From a virus (Duplodnaviria; Heunggongvirae; Uroviricota; Caudoviricetes), in IMG/VR virus record IMGVR_UViG_643886067_000001, positions 1 through 41,177 of that record: a DNA stretch of 41,177 nucleotides. The stretch is one strand, 5' to 3'. Below the pieces are notes generated by a model. The model was given only the letters and a program-made list of their open reading frames with translations. It searched no databases and was not told the origin of the DNA. This document shows, one piece after another, positions 18,547 to 26,779 of this stretch. The position numbers and the translations under genes are program-made. Position 1 is the first letter of the stretch. Each line of letters starts with the position of its first letter.

Positions 18547-19653
18547 TCAAACAATCTGGAAAATATTTCTTGGATTTGTAATAGGTCTGTTGATGGAGAA
18601 CAACTCACGAATTAAATCTTGGCTCAAGCCAGTTTTCATAAGAATTCTTAGCCAGGTTGCATCATCCAGCATTTCAATCGCCTCGGCCAGCATGCCGGGT
18701 TCTTCAGGGCGCAAAAGTTCATCACCAGGTTCAACTCTCGTATACCCTCTGGAATTAAGATGCATATAGCCAGTTCTTGCCTGTTCCTGGGTCAATAAGC
18801 CTAATGCGCTGGCTCGATAAATACACATTTTAAGGCTGATTTTCCATCTAAGTTTAAATTCAACCAGAGCATTCCAGTCGAATTGCTTACCTCGTATTCG
18901 TGGAAATTCTTTAATGAAAGATAACCTGGGAACTAATAAGGCGCTCGAAAAGTGATCGGCTTGTGATTCCGTAAGTTTATCACCTGTCGTTATGCCCTCA
19001 TGCATTACTAAATGCCCTAATTCATGACCTAAATCAGAGCGAAATCTACATATGCTTTTTTTAACATTGTTCCTGATGATAACAGGCCTGTTATTGTGAA
19101 CAGTAAAAGCATCAACACGATCATCGACTCCCGTAACATGCGCAACGATTACCCCTAAACTCTCCGCCAATTTAACCATTGATGATATAGGGCCAAGACC
19201 TAAATTCCAGGCACGGCGACAATCTTCTGCCACTCGCTCAATATCATTCGGAGTAAGTAATTCAGCCCCTGGGTGCTCCGGTATGTTAACGTCAGGAAAT
19301 TCGATTTCACCTTCAACAGCAGAAATTATAATATTAAGAATCTCAGCCCTGGCCAATACACTATTAGTCAGCGTTTGAGTCCTGGACTTCTTACTCCGAA
19401 AATGGCAGACATCACTTTCCAGAGCGTATTTTCGTTCAGTAAAAAGAAAACTGGACTTAATCATAAGCGCTGAAGATATTAACTCAAGACATTGCTCCGA
19501 TGGCCTGCACCCCTTCTCCAGTTTGCTAACGAATTGCTTTGTCTTGCCAATTTTTTCGGCTAACTCTTCACAAGAAAGCCCAACAGCCATTCTCGCTAGT
19601 TTGAGCTTATCACCCCGATACTCAGTGAAGTTATTCACCTGATGTTCCATCAC
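18547..19653 (-). CDS. Fused XRE-family HTH + ImmA/IrrE-type zinc metallopeptidase protein (antitoxin/sensor-like)
   Basis: 368 aa; N-terminal HTH (LKLARMAVGLSCEELAEKIGKTKQFVSKLEKG); central HEXXH (LGHELGHLVMHE) in a DUF955/ImmA-like context. Confidence 0.8.
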   Translation of the reverse strand: MMEHQVNNFTEYRGDKLKLARMAVGLSCEELAEKIGKTKQFVSKLEKGCRPSEQCLELISSALMIKSSFLFTERKYALESDVCHFRSKKSRTQTLTNSVLARAEILNIIISAVEGEIEFPDVNIPEHPGAELLTPNDIERVAEDCRRAWNLGLGPISSMVKLAESLGVIVAHVTGVDDRVDAFTVHNNRPVIIRNNVKKSICRFRSDLGHELGHLVMHEGITTGDKLTESQADHFSSALLVPRLSFIKEFPRIRGKQFDWNALVEFKLRWKISLKMCIYRASALGLLTQEQARTGYMHLNSRGYTRVEPGDELLRPEEPGMLAEAIEMLDDATWLRILMKTGLSQDLIRELFSINRPITNPRNIFQIV

Positions 19654-20281
19654 TGCTCACATCCAAATCTTTATCCTTCGTACGCCGACGAAGAGGCACC
19701 TTATTAATCTCCGCTTCGTCAGGGAGTGTGTTATAATCAAGAGGCATAAGCGGCATCGATGCTGTAGATTGATGAGAAACTATACTAATCTGAGCACCAT
19801 AAGTATTAAATCCAACAAGAGCTACCTCCCAACGAGGCAGTGTGGACTCTAATTCACCATCGCCCTCTTCGGATAAAAAAGGCTCAGCTATGACTCGCCA
19901 TGTAATATCTTGCTCAGCCTCAACATCACCAAACAATGAGAGCTGCTCATACTCTACTTTATTTCGACGCAGACGATGTTTCTTTTTGGGGTTATTAATG
20001 CAATCTTTGGTAAATTGTAGCGGAACTTTATTTAAAGCAACTACATAGTCCAACCCCTTGGAAATCATCTCAAGGCCAGGAATTGCATCTTCATTTTGAA
20101 TAAGATGATTTCTGACCCAATCATAAGCCCTTACACCTTCAGACCAGTTGCTGTCTAATGCGTGCTTATGATAGTACAGCTGCTCAAGTACGTTAGCGAT
20201 CTCCGCCAACAAGTGGCGAACATAGTTTTCAGCAAGATAAGGTTGAAATTCCCAACAAGGAGCTAACTGATTTTCATTCAT
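19631..20281 (-). CDS. Hypothetical 216-aa protein, upstream partner of the HTH-ImmA gene (candidate effector/toxin)
   Basis: ATG start; 23-nt overlap with downstream gene; no recognisable motif. Confidence 0.6.
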   Translation of the reverse strand: MNENQLAPCWEFQPYLAENYVRHLLAEIANVLEQLYYHKHALDSNWSEGVRAYDWVRNHLIQNEDAIPGLEMISKGLDYVVALNKVPLQFTKDCINNPKKKHRLRRNKVEYEQLSLFGDVEAEQDITWRVIAEPFLSEEGDGELESTLPRWEVALVGFNTYGAQISIVSHQSTASMPLMPLDYNTLPDEAEINKVPLRRRTKDKDLDVSSDGTSGE

Positions 20282-20339
20282 TTCAAGTTTCGCTTTTTTT
20301 AGAATTCGTAAACCACATATTTTCGCATTTTTCTATTTT

Positions 20340-20377
20340 TGTCAACCAGACTAATGCAAAAACCCGCCGAAGCGGGT
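20340..20377 (-). promoter_or_regulatory. Terminator hairpin (direct-repeat copy 2) abutting a candidate -35 TTGACA for the cassette
   Basis: Minus strand ACCCGC-ttcg-GCGGGT TTTTGCATTAGTCTGG TTGACA ~59 nt upstream of the 216-aa gene ATG; -10 element not convincing. Confidence 0.35.
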
Positions 20378-20446
20378 TAAGTGCGGGTGCGTTGAGGATG
20401 CCTGGCACATCAGAGGTGGCGGGAGATTACTCCCCCGCCGGGTCTC

Positions 20447-20602
20447 TTACTCCTCAGGTTCGTAAGCTGTGAAGACAGCGACCTCCGTCTGGCCGGTTCG
20501 GATTCGTACCTCGCAGAGGTCTTTCCTCGTTACCAGTGCCGTCACAATGACGGTTAAACAGATGACGATCAGGGCGATTAGCATCGCCTTTTGCTGCTTC
20601 AT
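20447..20602 (-). CDS. hok: Hok/Gef-family type I toxin
   Basis: 51 aa MKQQKAMLIALIVICLTVIVTALVTRKDLCEVRIRTGQTEVAVFTAYEPEE, near-identical in pattern to HokC/Gef; hairpin at ~20415-20440 after stop. Confidence 0.85.
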   Translation of the reverse strand: MKQQKAMLIALIVICLTVIVTALVTRKDLCEVRIRTGQTEVAVFTAYEPEE

Positions 20603-20813
20603 AGCCTGCTTCTCCTTGCCTTTCGGCACGTAAGAGGCTAACCTACGTGTGTAGAGCATAGATATGGCCTCAGATTAATGTTAAGCGTCTTGCCGGACGC
20701 GTAATGTTAACTGGGGCTTTTCTCTATCTGCCTTTTGGTGTTCATGCCTGAGACAGATAGCCTCAAGCACCCGCTGCAATTCTACTTAACTCTCCTTTTC
20801 CCGCAAACCGTTT

Positions 20814-20897
20814 TTATCCCCAGCGGCAAATCGAATACACCACCAGCGCCACCGCCATCGCAATTCCTACCGTTGTTAATGCTTCAGGCCAGGTCAT
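20814..20897 (-). CDS. Putative 27-aa hydrophobic peptide
   Basis: [27 protein letters not shown]; ATG overlaps stop of upstream gene (ATGA); GGAGG 10 nt upstream. Not in ORF track. Confidence 0.2.
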   Translation of the reverse strand: MTWPEALTTVGIAMAVALVVYSICRWG

Positions 20898-21238
20898 CGT
20901 AAAATATCCTCCACGCTTATCAGTCCGTTCCGCTCCAGATAACTCATCGCCTTATCCGGTAATTTGCAGTCTGGCTTCGCTTTCCTCAGTTGCCAGGTTA
21001 ACTGCTTTACCAGCATGGTTAACTCATCGACCAGACGCTGATATCCCACTGGTTTGTATTCATGCAATTTACCGGCTGGCTCTGCTGCCAGCGATACCAG
21101 TGCGATTTCCAGAACAGCAATATCCATCTTATATGTGCGGATGATGTCATGGTCGATTGTGCCCGGTATGCACAGTCTCTGTGCTTCAATAGTCTCCTCT
21201 GCGTGAGCTATTAACTGCTCTCTGGTAAAAGTCGTCAT
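20894..21238 (-). CDS. Hypothetical protein
   Basis: 114 aa; ATG overlaps stop of upstream paralog. Confidence 0.5.
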   Translation of the reverse strand: MTTFTREQLIAHAEETIEAQRLCIPGTIDHDIIRTYKMDIAVLEIALVSLAAEPAGKLHEYKPVGYQRLVDELTMLVKQLTWQLRKAKPDCKLPDKAMSYLERNGLISVEDILR

Positions 21239-21402
21239 GCCGTAGCCCCTTCTTGATATTTTTCAAACCAGAACACAACCGGCTCTGCTTCCAGCGATGC
21301 CAGCGCAATCCGTGCCAGTTCCATTTGTTCACCACGGGTAAGCCCGTTTTCAAGCGGGTTTTTAATGAACAATTCAATACGTTCTTTGGTAATAGTGGTC
21401 AT
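21235..21402 (-). CDS. Hypothetical 55-aa protein, paralog of the N-terminus of the following gene
   Basis: [55 protein letters not shown]; AAGGAG 8 nt upstream. Not in ORF track. Confidence 0.45.
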   Translation of the reverse strand: MTTITKERIELFIKNPLENGLTRGEQMELARIALASLEAEPVVFWFEKYQEGATA

Positions 21403-21412
21403 GTGTTACTCC

Positions 21413-21676
21413 TTAACCCGCAGTGCTTTCAACTGATGAGGGGAACAAAATCTTTTCATCAAACCCTGCATTCATATCATGGACAGCAACACACCAATCC
21501 ATTGACGAACGATTATCAAGAGCCTCCATGATTTCATCCATGCGGCGCAGGTCATACAGGTAAATGCTTTTATCGCCAATGGTGTAAAAACCAATTTTTT
21601 TCGGTGATGGACAGCGATCAAGAACGTCCTGTAATTCGTTCAACCATGCCTGTTCTTTTTTTGTCAAAGTTGCCAT
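21413..21676 (-). CDS. Hypothetical protein
   Basis: 87 aa from ATG 21676 (GGAAAA upstream). Confidence 0.45.
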   Translation of the reverse strand: MATLTKKEQAWLNELQDVLDRCPSPKKIGFYTIGDKSIYLYDLRRMDEIMEALDNRSSMDWCVAVHDMNAGFDEKILFPSSVESTAG

Positions 21677-21677
21677 A

Positions 21678-21896
21678 TCAGTTTTCCTTATACGGATTAA
21701 TTTTATTGTGCAGTGTGTTGAACGGAGCCCATACCACGTCGTTATACAATTCAATAACTGGCTCAATTATTTTTCCGATTCCCCATACCAGAATTAACGG
21801 GGATATCGGTATCATCAACACGATAAACAGAATGAGAAACAAAAATTCTGTCGCTCTACTTTTTCGCGGATATTCTTTTCTGAATAATGTAGGCAC
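21678..21896 (-). CDS. Hypothetical small membrane protein
   Basis: 72 aa with central hydrophobic segment FLFLILFIVLMIPISPLILVWGIG. Confidence 0.3.
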   Translation of the reverse strand: MPTLFRKEYPRKSRATEFLFLILFIVLMIPISPLILVWGIGKIIEPVIELYNDVVWAPFNTLHNKINPYKEN

Positions 21897-21897
21897 A

Positions 21898-22113
21898 TCA
21901 CTCTCCTTTGTTGCTCCTCAAAATTTTATGCCCTGGCGCAAAAGCACGCGTTTTGTCGGCACTTATTCGCCACCCATCTTTACGTGCCTCTTTTGCACAG
22001 CCAGCCCATGACGTACCGATATACTCACCAAAATCTGGCGACTGATATTTGCCATCCGTACACTGGCGGCAATCACAATAGAGATGCATGGTATAACTTG
22101 CGGCAATACCCAT
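21898..22113 (-). CDS. Hypothetical cysteine-containing small protein
   Basis: 71 aa; CDCRQC motif; tightly packed with neighbours. Confidence 0.35.
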   Translation of the reverse strand: MGIAASYTMHLYCDCRQCTDGKYQSPDFGEYIGTSWAGCAKEARKDGWRISADKTRAFAPGHKILRSNKGE

Positions 22114-22473
22114 TCAGCCTCCTTTGATGCCCGTGTTTACAACCAGGCAGGCCTCCTTGAGTACCCAGTCAATAGCGTCTTTCCATGCTCCGGTTTCAAC
22201 TGGCGGATCCTCACGCCGTACCTGTTCATAAAAGCGCACAGCTTTAACCAGTCCTTCTGATGTCACCGAAGCTGGCGGGGCCGTGAATAACGCCTGAATT
22301 TCATAGTTTGGTCTGTCGTTACAATCCTCTTTTGTCGGGACATATTTCCAGTCACCAACCCACTGCTTCCCCTGAAAGTCTGTAACGCCTTTTTTCACGT
22401 AGCGATATCGCCATGCCACTGGTTTTGCCTGCCCTACCTTTTCATGCCCTTCCTGATAATTAATCTCGCTCAT
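22114..22473 (-). CDS. Hypothetical protein
   Basis: 119 aa; ATG overlaps stop of upstream small ORF. Confidence 0.5.
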   Translation of the reverse strand: MSEINYQEGHEKVGQAKPVAWRYRYVKKGVTDFQGKQWVGDWKYVPTKEDCNDRPNYEIQALFTAPPASVTSEGLVKAVRFYEQVRREDPPVETGAWKDAIDWVLKEACLVVNTGIKGG

Positions 22474-22646
22474 TCATCGCCCCACTCATCACAATATGCT
22501 TCGACCGGTGTTTTCCCTGCTTCATAATCATCACGCCATGCTTCAGCATCAGCGGCACTTCCACCGCGTAACTCTGCATAATCCATTAACAGTTCATGCC
22601 ATTCTTCAAAACTGGCGTTATATTTAGTTGAACCAAAATCAGCCAT
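22470..22646 (-). CDS. Hypothetical 58-aa acidic protein
   Basis: MADFGSTKYNASFEEWHELLMDYAELRGGSAADAEAWRDDYEAGKTPVEAYCDEWGDE; GGAAGA upstream; ATGA coupling. Not in ORF track. Confidence 0.35.
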   Translation of the reverse strand: MADFGSTKYNASFEEWHELLMDYAELRGGSAADAEAWRDDYEAGKTPVEAYCDEWGDE

Positions 22647-22821
22647 TTTGTTCTTCCTCTTCGTCTTTTATTTCGTGGTATGAGTAATTGCAGTAGTTAA
22701 AGAAAATATCTTTAGCTTCATCCTGTATTTCATCTGGTGTTGCATCATCATCCACTTCGAATTCATCCTCGAAATCTCCACCGGCTATTCCCGTTTCAAT
22801 AATTATTTTGAATTTTCGCAT
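22639..22821 (-). CDS. Hypothetical acidic small protein
   Basis: 60-aa ORF. Confidence 0.3.
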   Translation of the reverse strand: MRKFKIIIETGIAGGDFEDEFEVDDDATPDEIQDEAKDIFFNYCNYSYHEIKDEEEEQNG

Positions 22822-22973
22822 TTCACTACCGCCCTTTCGGACGGCCTCCTGATGTTCTGAGGGTGCAGAAATCCCTCCGGTTAAGGATTTGATTTTATTT
22901 ACAGTGCTAAATTTAATTATTCAGTTCTGGATTTTGTCGCCCTGCATATCCGCGCTTTCGCGTTACGCTCAAT

Positions 22974-23273
22974 CTAAATTAACTTTTCTATATTTTTCCG
23001 CCTTTCCTGTTCCTCCTGGCGCAATAGCCTTACATCATCTGCCAGTCTGGTTTCTCTTTTCGCCACAGAGAGCATCCAGTCAAACGGCTCCACAACTGCA
23101 CCGCAGATTTTACAGCGGACCTGACGCTCTTTTTCGTCAACCCGAACAGAGGCGTGATGACAATATGGTCTTTCCGATGGCTCATAAAGAAAATTAACCT
23201 GATTACGAGGGTCATCCTCTTTTACCGGAAATAAAACGATATTGCTTAACTCATCCTCTGGTTTTATTTCCAT
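22974..23273 (-). CDS. Hypothetical protein
   Basis: 99 aa; CxxC pair (CHH...CKICG). Confidence 0.45.
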   Translation of the reverse strand: MEIKPEDELSNIVLFPVKEDDPRNQVNFLYEPSERPYCHHASVRVDEKERQVRCKICGAVVEPFDWMLSVAKRETRLADDVRLLRQEEQERRKNIEKLI

Positions 23274-23712
23274 GCTCCTCTCCTTTGATGCGAATGCCAG
23301 CGACGCGTAATGCGTGTTCTAAGTCAATCAGGTAAAGCCAACTGCCATTTTCTTTAGGTATCATGACATGTCGCTCATCTGCATTTATCGGGTGTCCATA
23401 TCGAAGGTCGTAGCGAGTCGGTAATTGAACTTCCCGCGCTTCCAGTTCAGCAATACGCTTGCTCCCATCAGAGATAACGCCTTCGTAATACTCACGCTGC
23501 TCGTTGAGTTGTGATTTTGCTTCTTCCAGTCCATCCAGCAAATCAGCGATAATATCCGCTTCCCGATGACGGATGTGACGCTTAAACGCAGCAAGAGCCG
23601 CATCACAATCCCGTTCAGCATTTGGGCTGTCCGGGATAGCCTGATACCACGCCAGCGTCGACTGATAGTTTTGTGCTGCCTCACGAAGCGCCTCATAGTT
23701 AACCTCTCTCAT
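23251..23712 (-). CDS. Hypothetical early-region protein
   Basis: 153 aa. Confidence 0.5.
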   Translation of the reverse strand: MREVNYEALREAAQNYQSTLAWYQAIPDSPNAERDCDAALAAFKRHIRHREADIIADLLDGLEEAKSQLNEQREYYEGVISDGSKRIAELEAREVQLPTRYDLRYGHPINADERHVMIPKENGSWLYLIDLEHALRVAGIRIKGEEHGNKTRG

Positions 23713-24005
23713 TGAGCCACCTCCTGATAAATCACTGCATGCCCCAGTTTCTCCGCCAGTGCCAGCTCTGCCTTAGCGCCCGCTGACCGCTGCCAGCCAT
23801 TCAGCATGTAAATCGCATCCACACAACGAATCATTGCCATGCAAATATCCATGTAGTGCGGCTGTGTCAGCCCGTCCGGAAGTACTGCCGGGTTTAAGAC
23901 GGTATGCCCTTCCCGTTTCAGTTCCTCTTCCGCCTTGTGAAACGCCTCACGGTTGAAATTTTCATATCCCGTCATTGGACCGGCAATATAAACTCTGACC
24001 CTCAC
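23709..24005 (-). CDS. DUF4406-like (nucleoside 2-deoxyribosyltransferase-like fold) protein
   Basis: GTG start at 24005 (AGGAGG 7 nt upstream; GTGA overlap with upstream stop) gives M/V-RVRVYIAGPMTGYENFN, typical N-terminal motif of this family. Confidence 0.5.
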   Translation of the reverse strand: MRVRVYIAGPMTGYENFNREAFHKAEEELKREGHTVLNPAVLPDGLTQPHYMDICMAMIRCVDAIYMLNGWQRSAGAKAELALAEKLGHAVIYQEVAQ

Positions 24006-24394
24006 TCCATCACCTCCTGAAAGTTTCCCCGATAGAACGCCAGCACACGCTGCATAACTTCGCTCTGGCGGCACTCACGACAAATTATGTTCTGCCGTCT
24101 GTTGTAACGACGTATTTCTCCGTCAGGTAACTTTCGAATCAGTGTCGGGTCAGCAGCCTTCTCCGGTGTCTTACGCCATACGCGATACGCCTGCTCTGAT
24201 GGAAATACCCCGCAACCAGAGAGCCAGACATCACCACTGGCCGCAAGCGCACCAGATAAACGACGAATAGCGGTCTTACTGACACCCGTTTTATCTGCCA
24301 GTTGTCGAAAAGTTTCTCGTCCGCTCAGGCGCACGAATTCCACAATGCGCGCCTTCACTTCTTCCCGCTCTTCTGGTGTAAATACTTTTGCCAT
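24002..24394 (-). CDS. Hypothetical protein with putative HTH
   Basis: ATG 24394 with GGAGG upstream; LADKTGVSKTAIRRL HTH-like segment. Confidence 0.5.
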   Translation of the reverse strand: MAKVFTPEEREEVKARIVEFVRLSGRETFRQLADKTGVSKTAIRRLSGALAASGDVWLSGCGVFPSEQAYRVWRKTPEKAADPTLIRKLPDGEIRRYNRRQNIICRECRQSEVMQRVLAFYRGNFQEVME

Positions 24395-24409
24395 AAGCGC
24401 CTCCGGCAA

Positions 24410-25180
24410 TCACTTTTCCGATACAACACGGCGGGAAGAATCAGTAATCTGTCGAACAATATCCCGGTGCTTGTTCACCTCCCGCAGCGCGGCGCAGACT
24501 CGCTCCCACTTCTGAACATCACTTTTCGCCCTGCGCAGCGCCAGGTTTGCCCTGCGAAGGGACGGAAAAATCAGCTCATCTGCTTGCGTTTCGGTAAACG
24601 ATGGCAACGGCTGCACAATGTCCGCCACAGTTTCTGTTTTAATTTCTTCCTGTGTTGCGGCTTCCCGGACTGGTAACGCAGCACCTGCTGGCTGAGGAAA
24701 GGCCTTACCATCACTTTCCGTTACCAGCGCGGCTTTCGGCTCTGCTGGTAAATTATCGCCCGGCATGCAGTAACGAAATTTACCGTTCTGATTAACGCGT
24801 GCCAGCCGCCCCGTTGCGGTTACCACCGCCAGCGTGGAGGCAACCTTGCGAGTACTGACGCCGAACTTACCCGCCAGTTCCTCACACGTTTTAGCACCAT
24901 CCTGACCGATAAACTCAATCATCATGTCTGCGGTAACTTTTTGTTCGACCTCCCCGGTCAGCATATCCTGTGCTTCAGATTTTACTGGCCGCTCTTCGGT
25001 TACCCGGGATTCACCTTCGCCAGCCAGAAACCAGGTGTGACCAGTTTTATCAACGACGCCATTTCTTTTGAGTTCCCACAGCTCGTTGAGAACCTCTTCA
25101 CGACTGATATCAAGTCGCGCGGCCAGTTCTACCGATGTGGCTTTTCCCATTGCTTTCAGTGCGTCAAATACGGTTTCCAT
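24410..25180 (-). CDS. Hypothetical protein with winged-helix-like repeats
   Basis: ATG 25180 with GGAGG 8 nt upstream; track start 25198 is TTG. Confidence 0.5.
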   Translation of the reverse strand: METVFDALKAMGKATSVELAARLDISREEVLNELWELKRNGVVDKTGHTWFLAGEGESRVTEERPVKSEAQDMLTGEVEQKVTADMMIEFIGQDGAKTCEELAGKFGVSTRKVASTLAVVTATGRLARVNQNGKFRYCMPGDNLPAEPKAALVTESDGKAFPQPAGAALPVREAATQEEIKTETVADIVQPLPSFTETQADELIFPSLRRANLALRRAKSDVQKWERVCAALREVNKHRDIVRQITDSSRRVVSEK

Positions 25181-25213
25181 TAAAATTTCCTCCGACAAAA
25201 TCGTTTCTCAGAT

Positions 25214-25879
25214 TCAAATAAAACCAGCTGCCTTCCGGCGTTCGTATTCCTGTTTCAGCCGTTCAATTGGCGTTGGCCCTTGCGGGTGTTTCGCCCCTTC
25301 CAGTTGTCGTCGCACTGGCGGAACACTCATCCCGTTACCAACATGCTTTGCCCATTTCGTCAGTTGCCGTTCCGCAAGTCGTTTTAACTCACCCTGCGTC
25401 ATCTGGCGCTCAATCCCTCTGGTACGCATTTCGAGGCAGATGTGGTACAGCACAGGCTGAGGCCACGGATATTTGTCGCTTCCGTCATATCGCCAGGACT
25501 CATCACGCCAGCGGCGGTACTCCTCCATCACAGCATCCACCGTCAGGCCAAATGGATTGGCCCCGCTTTCTGAAATCAGCGCCACAAACTCAGCCAGGTC
25601 CGGAGGCCATGTTTCACCCGCCCGGCAGCGGTCCATGCACTGGCGGCAGACCTGTCGGATTTGCTGCTCAGTCATCGCGCCAATCTGTGCAATCCAGAGC
25701 TTCGAAGGTGCGGCCCCGTTCTTCTGGGTCCAGCGGTTCGAATAAACCTCCCCCATGAGTTCCCACAGCTTCCAGACCGTTTCCGTCGCTGATAAATCCG
25801 TTTTCACGTTCCCACTGCTCACGTGCTGCCCGAATTTCCTGAACTGCCCGTGATGCGGTGCCACCTGGTGCTGCTGCAT
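25214..25879 (-). CDS. Replication protein P-like (helicase loader)
   Basis: 221 aa; colinear similarity to lambda P (AEFVALI, YPWPQPVLYHICLEM, C-terminal basic region); ATG 25879 with GGGGG upstream. Confidence 0.65.
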   Translation of the reverse strand: MQQHQVAPHHGQFRKFGQHVSSGNVKTDLSATETVWKLWELMGEVYSNRWTQKNGAAPSKLWIAQIGAMTEQQIRQVCRQCMDRCRAGETWPPDLAEFVALISESGANPFGLTVDAVMEEYRRWRDESWRYDGSDKYPWPQPVLYHICLEMRTRGIERQMTQGELKRLAERQLTKWAKHVGNGMSVPPVRRQLEGAKHPQGPTPIERLKQEYERRKAAGFI

Positions 25880-26708
25880 GGTTTACCCCCTTGCTGACTG
25901 GCTTAACCTGCGCCCTGACGTGATTTACGTGACGGGCGAATTTCTGCTCCCACTGAACCTGCGTGAAAACTTTCCCCTCCGCTGCCCAGTAGTCCCGGAA
26001 AGCGGCAAGTTCAGCAGGTGTAAATTCCGGCTCCGGCAAAGCCATCCCCCACAACGCAGCCCGTCGTCGAAAATCCGGCGACGGATGCCAGTCATCGACC
26101 ATCGGAAATTTCCCGATGGGTTCGCTCAGTCCATCCAGGGATGCAGGTTCTGCTGCCTGCAACGGCGTACCACTCGACTCACTGGTCGGAGCACTCTCGC
26201 GCACGTGCGCGTTATGTGTGGGGTTTAATTCTTTATCTGTATCTTTATCTGTCGTGACTCGTCGTGACATGTCGTGACATATGCGTGACTCGTCGTGACA
26301 CCCCTCATTCTGTTTTCGTAATTTTTCCCTCTCGCGCTGCGCTCTCTTGCGCTCTGCCGGGGATTTCGCGGTTTGTGAAACGTTGCCATTGTCCTCTTTC
26401 AGTACCTGGCGTTTTTCCCATCCGGTGATTAAATCTCCATCAAGTACCCGCCCCTGCATTGCCTGTAAAATTGAATCAATTACTTCTTCCGTCACATCAA
26501 GCGCACTTGCTAAATCTTCCGTCGTGACATCAATGTGACCACGTAGTGACACGCCGTGACATGTCGTGACATTTCGTGACGCGCTCACCAGAAGGTGGAT
26601 ATACACTGCCATCACTGTTGCAATTGGCTGCCCTGACACCCTGGCAATTGTTCGCCACTTAGGGTCATTTGGCATGTCATGCCATAATCTGAGCCAGGCG
26701 TTAGCCAT
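25668..26708 (-). CDS. Replication initiator O-like protein (3' extent uncertain)
   Basis: ATG 26708 with GAGGTGA upstream; contains two iteron clusters; track frame overlaps the P-like start by ~210 nt. Confidence 0.6.
   Translation of the reverse strand: MANAWLRLWHDMPNDPKWRTIARVSGQPIATVMAVYIHLLVSASRNVTTCHGVSLRGHIDVTTEDLASALDVTEEVIDSILQAMQGRVLDGDLITGWEKRQVLKEDNGNVSQTAKSPAERKRAQREREKLRKQNEGCHDESRICHDMSRRVTTDKDTDKELNPTHNAHVRESAPTSESSGTPLQAAEPASLDGLSEPIGKFPMVDDWHPSPDFRRRAALWGMALPEPEFTPAELAAFRDYWAAEGKVFTQVQWEQKFARHVNHVRAQVKPVSKGVNHAAAPGGTASRAVQEIRAAREQWERENGFISDGNGLEAVGTHGGGLFEPLDPEERGRTFEALDCTDWRDD
26225..26299. repeat. Candidate replication origin: AT-rich tract plus five (T)CGTGAC iterons
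   Basis: TTAATTCTTTATCTGTATCTTTATCT then GTCGTGAC at 26251, 26261, 26271, 26282, 26292 (10-11 bp spacing), inside the O-like gene. Confidence 0.6.
26521..26580. repeat. Second iteron cluster (six CGTGAC-type repeats)
   Basis: Repeats at 26521, 26532, 26543, 26553, 26563, 26573 (10-11 bp spacing), in the N-terminal coding part of the O-like gene. Confidence 0.55.
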
Positions 26709-26779
26709 ACTCACCTCTTCTGATACCGAATCTTTTTACTCACAAATTGCCGGAAGTGATCCGGTATGAATATTGCGAG

